Source: Catajapyx aquilonaris
Taxonomy: Eukaryota
Assembly (NCBI GenBank): GCA_000934665.2
Contig: JYFJ02001298.1
Coordinates: 62,001 to 84,308 of the forward strand
Reading direction: 5' to 3'
DNA: 22,308 nucleotides
The notes below the pieces were generated by a model. That model did not search any database, was not told where the DNA came from, and saw nothing but the letters and a program-made list of their open reading frames with translations. How positions within the stretch are numbered: position 1 is the stretch's first letter; each line of letters begins with the position of its first letter. A program made the position numbers and the translations under genes. This document shows positions 1-11,961 of this stretch, piece by piece.

Positions 1-1315
1 TAAATGCGGATTGTTCACTCCAGCAGGTTGCTGTGAGGGTTAATAATTTGGTTGGGGGGGAAAAAAATACGATGCAGCAGCAAGTCATGAATGGAGAGGA
101 CTTTACAGTAGTCTGAAAATGGCAGGGATGTTAGTATATAGTAGAGAGTGAAGCGGGTGGGTGGGTAGGAAAAGGGGTGTGTGATGCATGGGGTGGGGTG
201 TGCGATCAATAGAAAGGGTTTTGTGAATGGAGTCCGCAGAGTGGGTGGGTGGGAGGGGAGAAATTTTGCAGCCTGGCTCTTGCTGCTGGGGGGATGAATG
301 AAGTTGAGGTAAAGGTCACGAGCGTGACCTTGACCCCAATCCGGCGCCGCAGGGGATGGGGATAGGTGGAAGGTCATACAGTGTTTTTATATACAGTGTA
401 CTAGTAACATGTCCCGAATGAGATGTTATACACTATGGGGTGTAATGTATGGATGACGTCATCGTTTCTTCCGAGCCAGCGCACTTCTTTTACTGGGAAA
501 TTCCTCTTTGAAATGGCGGATTGTCGTTGTGATTCATTCATTCATTACCCAATAGCCCAGGGATCAAGTCTGGTTGAAGATGTTGGGCAGGATGTGAATA
601 ACAATTGCTTTTCCTGTGCTAGCCGATAACCGCAGACATATTAGATAACCCTGCTCATTTTTCGCATATACACAAGTGATTCAGTGACCTCCTCAAAGTC
701 GTAATGCAGTGTTTATGAACGTTATCTCTACATATAAAAACAGAAAGTTTGTGTTTATATGCCCGGGCTACCTAACTTACGTTCGGACTACTGAAAATAA
801 TGAAACTTCCATACGTGCCCCCCTGATTGAGAGAAAAGTTGAAAAACGGCGAACTTTTTAAGTGTAAATATCAAATAAATAAACCAATTATTGTTAAGTC
901 AATCAGGCTGCCAGATGGAAGTATATTTTTTTCAGGTACCGTACAAGCTATAGTTACGTATACATGGCGGTACATCTACCAATGATTTACCCCATGTTTT
1001 CAATTAGAATGCAATGAACTGGAGCAGTGGACCACTCTGTGACTCTGCTAAATGTTCATTTTATCGGTGTGTTCATAACTGTGGCGTCCGTTTGAGCGAT
1101 ACAGTTGGACATTGCAAATTACTCCGGACATTCATTTTATCAGCGCATAGCCCCCTTTTCAACTCTGGCAAAACCTAATCGATATGGACCTTGAAATTTG
1201 CGGCCAACTCGGGGACAAGCGCACAGTACTATTGAAGCAGATAGGATGAAACGAAAATGCCTTTAATGATATAGTGTGTGACAATGTCTCTCTTTTTTTG
1301 ATTTGATTGGTACAG

Positions 1316-1798
1316 ATACTCTAGAGCTGACTCTTGAGGAGGCATCTGGAGCTGAAGAGGAGGGGGAGGAAGAAGACGGGTGTCAGCGAGGCATGTTCCC
1401 AGCTGGCGACCCCCACCAGCAGCACCATCAGCACCACCACCAGCAGCATCCCAGAGGAGGAGACGACGGAGGTGCGTCCGGATCAGGAGTGGAGGAAGAC
1501 CAGTCCTCCACTCCGACCATCGCCTACAAGGCCACCTTCACCACCACGACAGCGGCATCCCCAGTCGGAGCAGTCAATGCCTGGCTCTTCCCAACGACCT
1601 CATCCTCCTCACCCTTGGGTCCGGACAAACCTGCGTCACCAACCTCTTCGCAGTCCTTCTTCACACCTCTGCTCACACTACTGCACCAGCAGCAACAACA
1701 ACAGCAGCAGCAACACCCTGCCTCAAGCCCTGTCCAGTATGAAGAAAGACAGCAGACCACACCGCAGCCATCATCTTCCCATCATGTTCCATCTCCAG
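1316..1798 (+). CDS. Egr (sr): EGR/stripe zinc-finger transcription factor, first visible coding exon (internal; upstream exon not found)
   Basis: Acceptor tttttttgatttgattggtacAG at 1314-1315 and donor CCAG|GTATAG at 1799, both phase 1 and in frame with the next exon. Encodes DTLEL..., poly-H/Q runs and PTIAYKATFT, which resembles the EGR1 N-terminal block PPITYTGRFS. Confidence 0.8.
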
Positions 1799-1963
1799 GT
1801 ATAGCCATCGACATTGACCTTTACCAATGTTTGTCCCCAAAAAATCGAATCCGACTCTATTTCTAGCCAAGTACATACATATACGATAGTATGATTATTG
1901 TCTATAAATAATATCGGACAATCATATCATGTTACATAAGCAACGCCACGTTTTCCTTTATAG

Positions 1964-2481
1964 ACCAACAACAACAACAGCAGCAGCAGGAGCAGATGGT
2001 GTTTGCTCAAGAGTTGCTCAGCAGCCAGAGTCCGTTTGACCCTTCTGGTGGTGTCAACGTGGCCCTCAAAGTGCCACCCTCTCAAGCCTTCCCTAGCTGC
2101 GGCGTGGCGACGTCGTCGCCGACGTCTTCGGTAGTTGGTGTGTCGGAAGACTATGCGCGTGGTATGAAGTACCAGTGGACCGGGTTCGGAGACTATGGGA
2201 CTGCCATGGGCATGATGGGGGTGGGGGTTGGTGTGCAGCAACAGCAGCAACAACAACCTCAACAGCATCCTCAGCAGCAACAGTCGCCGATACCGTCTGT
2301 GTCGCAAGTGGTTCCGTCCGTGTCCGAAGTCTCCGGTGTGGTGCCCAAGCAGGAGCCCCAGTCCTACGCACCTGCTATCCCCACCCCATCCTCGTCTTCG
2401 GGCGTGACGGACCCATACTCGGGAGTACAACTGGCAGAGTACAACCCCAGCACCTCCAAGGGGCACGAGATCCTCTCGCAG
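1964..2481 (+). CDS. Egr (sr): EGR/stripe, middle coding exon
   Basis: Acceptor ttttcctttatAG (1962-1963), donor CAG|GTGGGT (2482, phase 0). Q-rich; ends in QLAEYNPSTSKGHEILSQ, the arthropod stripe/Egr block that precedes VYQQ. Confidence 0.92.
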
Positions 2482-2691
2482 GTGGGTCGCCATTTTGCAT
2501 GTCATCGGGGGGGTATTGCTGGTCCACACACACACACACACATTCCAACCCACGAGATTAGGGGATCTTCTTGGATTACACTGCCAGAATATATAGGTGG
2601 CGTAGTTGACGCTTCATAATCTATAATATTTAAAATCCTTCGTTGTATGGTAATGCCTTCTCATATTGTTACTATATGACCCTTTCGATTC

Positions 2692-2928
2692 AGAGATGCT
2701 CTGGGAAGAGAGTCGTCAACTTCTGACGTCACGTCGTCTCCGATTGGCTTCTGGCTCCAAGCCTCCAACCAATCGGAGTCGACCGTGACGTCAGAGCCGG
2801 CCACTGTTTCCATAGCAACTGCAAGATGGCGGCCTCCATGTATGACACGCAAACAGCGTGCAAAACAGTCTAAAATTACTCCAGCCAATCGGAGATGACG
2901 TGACGTCAGAAGTTGGCGACTCTCTTCC
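2692..2928. mobile_element. MITE-like element in Egr intron (46-bp TIRs, possible 9-bp TSD, Mutator-like)
   Basis: 2704-2749 and 2883-2928 are inverted repeats matching 44/46. TTTCGATTC occurs at 2683-2691 and 2929-2937; 12 extra nt separate the left copy from the left TIR. Confidence 0.75.
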
Positions 2929-3388
2929 TTTCGATTCTTTAAGGCTCTCTAATTTCGATAGGCCCGCGTATATATTGTTACCGCCGACGCTTCACACTCA
3001 TGAGCAAACAGTGTCATTTCGTCATTGACACTGCTTACTCATATTGTTGAGGTCATTTTCCATGGAAACTTTGAAAGGGGTGGGAGGTTTCAGAAGTGTA
3101 TAGTCTACCACCACAGACCGCAGGCCTAGAAAAAAAGTTTGAACTATAATAACATACGGCATGACTTACCAGCAGACACGTTGCTAACCGCTAACTATAT
3201 GCTATACCCTGGCAGCCTAACCGAAAGAACATCCCGAGATAGCAAATGAACAGTGTGTACTTCTCATGTCCGGCGAACAATGTTTGTCAGTATATCATGT
3301 GGTACACAGTGTCCATAGGCTGGTCCGGCAAAAGACTCGTAGTTGTGACCACTGGGCTTACACGTCCACGATACGCTTACCATCTTAG

Positions 3389-3904
<516 letters not shown>

Positions 3905-5489
3905 GTAGTAGTGTCCTCCTCCTGCCCCTCGACAGGGGGCCTTCCAATTGTTCATAGTTCGTCTCCTGATGAAGGAGGCTGTTGTCGTATTCTCAATGGA
4001 CGTCGTCGTCACCAGACATCAAACCTGAAGAAGAAGAAGAAGAAGAACAAACCCGATGGTGGACCTTGTGTTGTGTTTTCTCCTCAACTCCCGAACTACC
4101 AAGTGTTTCTGGTCATAGGGAACGCCCCGTCACAATCATTATAGTTGTCCAACGATGCATTTATACTGTACGTGGAGTCACCGGATCTTCATTTTTTTGG
4201 ACGGAGTGATGTACCGCCCTCAGCAGCGTACAACAAACAAAACAAAAAAGAGGACAAAAAAAATCTACATTATGCTCTCTCTCTCTCTCTGACAAACGAG
4301 TGAACGACGCTTTGGTGCGAATCAATCTCTAACTCATCAACAGCCTGGATTTATTATATACATATAACCCCACCGCTATTTTACAACAGTTTTAAATTTG
4401 CCGAAATTTTAGAGCGTTATTGTGCTTGCATGCGTCATAGACTCCAAGAAGGGCAAAAAAATCACTATAGTGAGCTTAAAATCAGCTGCCAAAAACTGGT
4501 CAATGATGAGTTAGAGAGTCGGGTGTTCGCGTGGGAGGCACTTTATAAAAAAAAAACATAAACTTTTTTTTTTTTGCGGGGAGGAAGAACTTTAAAAAAC
4601 AGCTACTAGTACATTTTTAAAAAAAGTGAATAACTGCCACTGCGCATTTGGCCGTCGACCCCCCCAACGTCAATTGTCGCTGTTGCGTTCAGACATTGAG
4701 CACTACCCCCACCCAAATCTCTATTTTTGTACTCTATCGCCAATACCCCCCCCTCTCTCTATTTTGTGTTGAGTTAAACCCCCCCAACCCTCCTTATCAT
4801 TTTCGTGTATCCTACATCTACCCCACTCAAAGATCAGCACAACAAAAGGCTCATTAAAGCGATAATCCGGACGTTACACATTCCGCCATTAGTCCGGATG
4901 GGGTTAGAAGGCAAGGTGTGACAAAAGAAAAACAGGGGAGGGAATATACATTGTAAAAAAAAAACATTACCTGACTAACCCCACCCCCTAATCGTAATAT
5001 GATCTCCCCCCCTCCTCTCACCAACCACGAGGGGGGCTTCCCAATGCCAAAGTTAACTCTTTCCTCCTCCCCCAAAAAATCATGTAAATAATTCGCCCCC
5101 CCATATCCCATGCCCCTACACACTTAATTTTATTATTTTTAAAAAACCAACAAAACAAGAAAAGTAATGTTATGATAACCAGTTGCCTTGCACTAAGTGT
5201 CACTCACTCGCTAAAAAAAAAGTTTTGTGTTCCAGAAGATGATTCTATAGAGTCTATTGTCATTACTATTAATAATATTATATGAGGTGTTGATGTTGAG
5301 GAGGACACTCTAATTTTGTAAGTGTTAACCCGTCTTTTGTAAGCTGGCTCCGTAAATATATATATTTTTTTTGTGGCGGCGCTACTGTTCCGGCGCCGCT
5401 TCTACATGTGATAAGCAAATATACACAACCTCAAATCTATCTGGACATCTTTTTTTCTTCACTAACCCATTTTTCCTAACAGCTAACTT

Positions 5490-6292
5490 GGGGTGTACAC
5501 TTCACAGTTGAATACGCAAAAAAAAATTGCAATTAATTATAGGTTTGATATACGCAGGAGAATAGTCACTGCCAATTTTTAAAAAATTAAATCAGCTAAA
5601 AATTAGCATGGTTCAGTTTAGCAGGACATTTTTTGACAACTGCTCTATTTGGACTTAACTTGTTCAAAAATAATTGGACTTCACAGTTGAAGAAGCAAAA
5701 AAAAAACTGCAATTACACGCACAAAATTGCAGGGGCACCAACAAAAAAAATAGATTTTGTGCTTAGTTTTCAAATTAAGCTTACTATAAAATGAGCATTG
5801 TAATTATTATTCTCCAAATTGTCATATTTGCGTTATACGCCAAAAATTGCAGGAGCATCACTACCAACAAAATGTTGTTGTTTTTTCCTTTTCAAAATCC
5901 GTCAGAATGAGTATGGTAATGTAGAAATTCAGTTTAGCATACTTTTCACAAAATTTGCGTATTTGCGTAATGCGAAAATTAAGCTAGCAGATAATTTGTA
6001 TCAAAATATGCGTTATATACCGGTAGCAAATTGCGCACAAAATTTCAGGAGCATCACAAAAAAAGTGGTTTTTCTCTCTCTTCAAAATGCATAATAATTA
6101 GCATGGTAATGCTAAATTAAGTTAACCGATAATTTTTTCTCTCAAAATTGTCCAAAAATTGCAGGAGCATCACCAACAAAATTGTTTTTTTTTCTTCATT
6201 TTTTTAAAAAAACGCCTAAGAATGAGCATGGTATTGTAGAAATTCAGTTTATCATATTTTTTCTGTCTCAAAATTGGCCTATTTGCGTTTAA
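5490..6292. repeat. Degenerate AT-rich tandem array with ~115-195 bp units
   Basis: Recurring CAGGAGCATCAC-like anchors at ~5555, 5730, 5850, 6046 and 6162. Recurring AGCATGGTAATGTAGAAATTCAGTTT-like blocks at ~5605, 5793, 5908, 6100 and 6222. Confidence 0.8.
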
Positions 6293-6665
6293 CTTCTTTA
6301 AAAAAAATTATTGGACACCCATGGACCGGACCTCCCAAGAAAAGCTTGGCAACACACCACGAGGAAAGAAGACGATTAAAAAAAAAAAAAAATCTCAGCA
6401 TGCAAATTCGAGACCCACCGATTAGTTCCAGTCCACTGCCCCTGGAATGAAAGCAAACTCGAAAAATGCGCTTACACCTTCCTCTATAATATTTCAAAAA
6501 CAAATGGGCTGTAAAAAAAAAAAGATCGCCAGCACCACCTGCAAAAAGTGCACAGGTAAGTGAAAGTATTATTATGTAGAATAGTCGATATGTATGTTAT
6601 ATATATAAAAAAAAACATCAAGCTACGCCCCTGCAGTCATCACCAAATCTCCCACTCAGTCTCGA

Positions 6666-6908
6666 CCTTATTTGGCGCCTGCTCAACATCTCCCTCACCA
6701 CCAACCAACCACTCCTCTTGATCTCTCTAAAACACCCCCCTCCCTCCTTCAACTACACACATGCAACCCCCATACGTGGCACGCGCATGACGTCACTTCT
6801 TAACTTGGCGGGAGTAAACCTCCCAACGTTGCCACAATTATTTGCAATAATAATTTGTGCGCAAACTTCAACTAGCTCATAGGTTGAAAAAAAATATTGC
6901 GACGTCAC
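6666..6908. promoter_or_regulatory. Candidate SRF/CREB enhancer downstream of Egr
   Basis: Perfect CArG CCTTATTTGG at 6666-6675, full CRE TGACGTCA at 6788-6795, near-CRE CGACGTCA at 6900-6907. Confidence 0.45.
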
Positions 6909-7545
6909 CTGATTTATTCTTAGTCTAGCAGCTGTACCAACCTTCTTGAAAAAAAAAACATTACACAGCCTGCTTACCTGCTGAAGTGGCGCGTAAAAAT
7001 AGACGCCCAGTCACCGCAAGTTATGCCCCCTTCCAACGCAAAACCTGCTATAAGTGGGCGTTTGCTAATCTTAACCCCTTCCATTCTTTAATAGGCGCCG
7101 GGCGATTACGTATCCCACGTGAAAATAACACTTGGCAGAGCGCGCGAAAAATGGCAGGTGTGGTGTAGGGTTTGAAGGGGGGGGGGGGTGTGTACTTGTA
7201 TATTTAAAAAAAGAAGAAAAAAAAAATGTGTGCGAAAACGTCACAAGGCAAAAGGCTCATTGTACGGCCACTGCATGTTTGGAGATATGGATAATTTTGG
7301 CATTGATGCAAGTTACCGCATGGCTATAATTAGGAGCGCAAAATATCAACAAGCCGGGAAGCGTTGGAGGAGATTTAAAAAAACACACACACACACAAAA
7401 AAAATTGGACGCCGGAATTGGATTGAAATAGGAAAAATATTTATGAAGGCATAATATGTAACAGGAGGAGCTTACGTAATTATTACGCGCAATTGGACGC
7501 ATTTTAAAGTTTAAAAAAATTACCGCACGAATTTTATTACTCTAT

Positions 7546-7661
7546 CCTCCTGAGACCCCTGGTACAGTATACTGTACCTTCGTTTTTTTACGCGTTTGGG
7601 TTAGTCAGAAGGTGCTGGAAAAAACAAAGGTACAGTATACTGTACCAGGGGTCTCAGGAGG
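7546..7661. mobile_element. 116-bp MITE, piggyBac-like (CC termini, 4-bp TSD)
   Basis: 43-bp TIRs at 7546-7588 and 7619-7661 with 1 mismatch, starting CCTCCTGAGACCC. Flanked exactly by CTAT at 7542-7545 and 7662-7665. Confidence 0.85.
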
Positions 7662-9222
7662 CTATGAGTACTTGTAACCGTCACTTGCAAATATTAGTAT
7701 TAGTTCAACAATGTAGATGAGTGAGTAATTATAGTTTCATGGAGTATCATAAGGGGTGTGTACCCAATAAATGTGGCTAGGCTGCATTCTTCGGTCAAGA
7801 AAAAAAAAAGGTTACTGGACTCAAAGATCACGCTTTAGGATCACATTTGCACATGCGTGAAAAGTGCAAACAAAATTAGGAAACAAAATGATACTCTTGT
7901 ATTAAAAAAATTTAAAAAAAGAGAAACGTTTCACAACAGTGTAAAAATGTCATAATTTAAATGCACCACAATAATAAACAAACAAGCAAGCAAATAAATA
8001 AGTAAGTAAATATAAATAAACATGTGCTTACTTTCACCATTTTGTTGATAAGAGTAGGCAGCAAAGGATTTATTTTGTGTACACAATATTACATTTTTGA
8101 ATTGTTGCGAGAGCTTGCATTGTTAGGACAATTATTTTTATGTAGAACATTTAACTTCCACAGAAAGAGGGAAAGAGAATAAGAAGTAGAAGAAGAAGAA
8201 AAAAAATGTTTGAACAAGGGCGTTGCATGCAAATTGGAATTAGCCTCGACCGTTGTAAATAAGGAGTTTTCTAGCAAAGAAAACAGGTTTGCCGTTTTAC
8301 AACACCGTTTTAATAATGTATGAATTTTCAGGTGGGTGGGACTAAACTTGCCCATTCTCGGACACCCTACCCTAGAGTTATTCGCACCAAATCGGTATTT
8401 TCCACAAGTAAAAAAAAAAAAAAACAGGCTCATCCCACGCAACGTCCTGAAGGTACGCACATTTTTTTTTTAAAATATAACGTATTAATTTTTGCCAAGG
8501 TGGATGGGTCCATCCCAGAGAGCGAAAGATGCTGGTGGACCACTAATCTCTCCCAATGCACGTGCGGGTGGTAGGGGGACACACACACACACACATATAC
8601 AGGGTGGAGTACACACAAGTCCCAGCAGCTTTTTGCTCCTCCGAGGTCAGAGCCGCGTTGCCACGTGCGCTCCTCTGCAAGGTCACAGGCCTCTCTCTCT
8701 CTTACTTCTTACCTGACTTTCTCAATCTGCCTCATTGGCCGCCTTTTTTCTCAATGGACTCTTTTTTTTTTCGTCTGGCACTTTTAAAAAAAGGGGAAGG
8801 TGAGCACTCAAAAGGGCGTGCAATTTACATTTGGGAGCGAAATTATCTGACGATTGAAGCCACGCGACTAATTACACACGCGAAGATCGGATTTCATACC
8901 TTAAAGAGAAAAGAGGGTCGTCTAAAATATTACGTGGCTTACCCTGTACACACTGCTTAAATATTAGACGGATCAATTTTTATAGGATCGTTATATGCAG
9001 TGAAACAATGTCACTATGTCACGAGTAAAAGCGGTAAGGCGTTGACATAAAGTCTGCCTTTTAAAAAAGTAGCCTACAATTAAAATGTTAAACTCATAAA
9101 CTACTTTGACTTTTCATGACAACAAATCCAACAGTATGAAATATTTTGTGTGATGAAAATATGCTTCACGTTGTTGAGCCCCTGTGACTTACGCCCCTTT
9201 TCCATGACAACGCCTCAATACA

Positions 9223-9248
9223 TTATTTATTTATTTATTTATTTATTT
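9223..9248. repeat. (ATTT)n microsatellite
   Basis: ttatttatttatttatttatttattt, read directly. Confidence 0.9.
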
Positions 9249-9324
9249 CGTACCCCGACACACCTTTTGGGGGAGGCCTCAATATCTTATCAATACACCA
9301 AAATGTTGGTTTGGACATGAATAA

Positions 9325-9474
9325 GATCGGGTTTCACCAACCGGGTTAAAATATTTATAACCTCGCGGTTATAATTTTAAAAAATCGACACAGCGACCAT
9401 TGTTGACAACAATCAAAGGTATAATTATTTTTACTCTCGGATTTATAATATAACCTGGTTGGTGAAACTGGTTT
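9325..9474. mobile_element. Degenerate PIF/Harbinger (Tourist-like) MITE
   Basis: GTTTCACCAACC(G/A)GGTTA inverted repeat at 9331-9348 and 9451-9468 (17/18). TAA sits symmetrically at 9322-9324 and 9475-9477. The outer 6 bp are degenerate. Confidence 0.6.
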
Positions 9475-11160
9475 TAAACAGCTGAATGTTTATATAGGTT
9501 AGGCAGCTTTTCAGAGTAACTGGTCACACTGCATGTAAATGATGTGCATATCATTTTGTCAACATTCTCTGCACACTGTTATAGTCATAACAGGGCGAGA
9601 TATTGCGTGTGTATATACAGTATACAGGTCTCTCGGGTCAATAAAACGATCTATTCCAACTGGTCTGGCAAATAAAAATATATGCCTTGGAAATACTTAC
9701 GCACCTGCTGGTGAAGGCCTAACCGCATTTGAAAATTAAAACAGGTACTTATATATCGCAAAAATGCTTATAGGTGGGGGTATTAAAAATATGGCAGATA
9801 TTAATTTGAAAACAATCGAAATCGATTTACATATGCAGCTTTTTAAACTCTCATTTTACATCCTGTTTATAGCCAAATTACCAAATGTACGACAGAGAAA
9901 CAGACAGGATCAAACAAAAATTAATGTCATCAAAAGCAAGTAATATATCGTCTTAAGAAATAATTTTGCACATGATTTTATGTCTAGAAATTATTTCAAG
10001 CACATGTCGTTACGACGATTGCTACGAATTGTAAACCACTATCAATCAGCCTTGGAAAAGCGCTTATACGTCATAATTATTGTCAACAGTGTCAGTCAAC
10101 AATATAAATAATGTAACAATTCTGACGTCACGCCCAAACACACTATATTTATACGTCATACACAACAATGAATTTAGCAACATAATTATTTTCCCCACAT
10201 CCTGTCGCATGAAACTTGTGAAAAACCTACGTTGACTCAAGCAATTAAGGTCCTAAAAAATTAACACCCCTGACGACTGCAGCGTTATGTATACATTAAC
10301 AATTAATAATTCCAACACTTAGCACATCGCCTCAGCAACACTAATTTTTTGGGAGGGCCAAGATGGCCCAGGTGGTGGAGAAGTTTCTCTAGAGTTTCAT
10401 CCTGTGAGCTAGATGACCTATGCATCACCCAAGTGCACCAGGCGGCCCATCAAACAGGGGCTATATTTATACACGTATAATCCTTCTTGAAGAAGAAAAA
10501 AAAATGCGCTGCTCAGATTTCCTCCCATCCTGTCATTATCTGCGTCGAAAATTCAATGTGTATGGCTTTACTCCACAAATAGACATTATTCTAGCCCATC
10601 AGTAACACACGACTTTTTATTCCATACTCTCGCTTTTTTTAAAAAAATTCCACCAAGTCCCTCAACTTGAAAGGCTTCTTTCAGCACCCTGACTTTTCAT
10701 CTCCGGATAATACTGCGCAGGGGGGCGGGGGAAAAAAAGGAACCAAAAATATAACTCCCAGCTTTTGCTTGGAAGGTTCAGAAGGTTCAGAAAAATCAGG
10801 TATGATACAACAAAAGGGGACTGGCTCCTAAAAATAATGCCGAACAAGAGGGAATTACCTGCTTAATTGTCAAGGAGAGGAAGAAGAAGAAGAAAAAAAA
10901 ATCCGATTACTTCTTGCGAAACAAGGCGGAAATTTTCGCTAAAATATATCTGAGCACCTGAAAAAAATATATATATATCCGAAGCGTTCAATAGAGGAAG
11001 ACATAAAAAAAGTCCCTGTATGATACCAACCCAAAAATAGGTATAGCTTTTGTGTGCATTAATCTGCCTTTATACGCTGAAATTTTCGTAATATTGACAG
11101 TCATTTTTTCATAATATGCAGAGTGAACCGCACCAGTTTAAAGAGGAAAAAAATTAACGG

Positions 11161-11522
11161 GTACTTATACTGTACACACTAATAATCAACATGTATGATT
11201 TTACTAAAACAGGTAAAATCCGGCCCATTTAAATAATGATTTTCGAATAAATGTGAATAATTTTTTTCCTTCTGAAAATCCGTACTTACATTGTACTGTA
11301 CGCTGTAGTTCATCAACAGGTGTGCACACATTTTTACTAAACAATCGCTAAAATCCGGACCATGTGCTTTTTTTAGTAAGTAATTTTCTTCAAAATATGA
11401 CAATTATTAGCCACACTTCCCATCTGAAAATCCGGACTTTTGTATATACACTGTACAGTAAATCAACAAGTGCACACATTTTACTACATATAAACAGACC
11501 CTATAAAAAAAATCCGGACCCT
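11161..11522. repeat. Degenerate tandem array of ~3 units of 120-150 bp
   Basis: AAAATCCG motif at ~11216, 11276, 11350, 11427 and 11509. ATCAACA...(GTGCACAC)ATTTTACTA blocks occur three times. Confidence 0.75.
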
Positions 11523-11961
11523 CTTTAATATTGTAATACCGAAACACACGTGGTTAATTCCCCGCCAAGTACACATCCGATCGTACTACATGTCGGGCTT
11601 TTGGTAACTTCAATTTCCCTGAGTGTATGTGCGTCTCTCTGTACGTGTGTTGCAGGAAACTTAGGGATGCTGTGCTTGTGTAGTGTGAGAGAGTGAAGGC
11701 AAACGTACCACTTTTCCCTTTCGACCCAACCCAAAGAGCTGCTCCCATTCATGATTTTCTCCCAGAAACATCGACGCCAAATGTATAAACAATCGGACGC
11801 CAACCGACGCTTCCTTTATATACACAGCAACACAGCAAATTTTATTTATTTATATAAAAGCAAACAGTGTGGTTGTACCCGATTTTGAGTTTTATTTCCG
11901 GATTTTTTAATAACCTGGTTTTATTATGGGGGGTCCGGGTTTTTGCTTGGCAACAAGGCTA

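Noticed and set aside
1..1315. Candidate first coding exon of Egr
   Set aside because: ATG-donor pairs near 309 and 936 have the wrong phase, and the one near 366 has a weak donor; the exon is probably outside the window.
5375..5399. GC hairpin GCGGCGC...GCGCCGC as a Helitron 3' end
   Set aside because: Only a 7-bp stem, not followed by CTRR.
6551..10862. Isolated CAG|GTAAG-type donor matches (6556 on +; ~6975, ~8710, ~10857 on -)
   Set aside because: No matching acceptors or exons could be assembled; compatible with chance or CAGGTA factor sites.
5490..11522. CRISPR-like reading of the two tandem arrays
   Set aside because: Repeats are degenerate, intervening sequences are mutually similar, there are no cas genes, and the context is eukaryotic.
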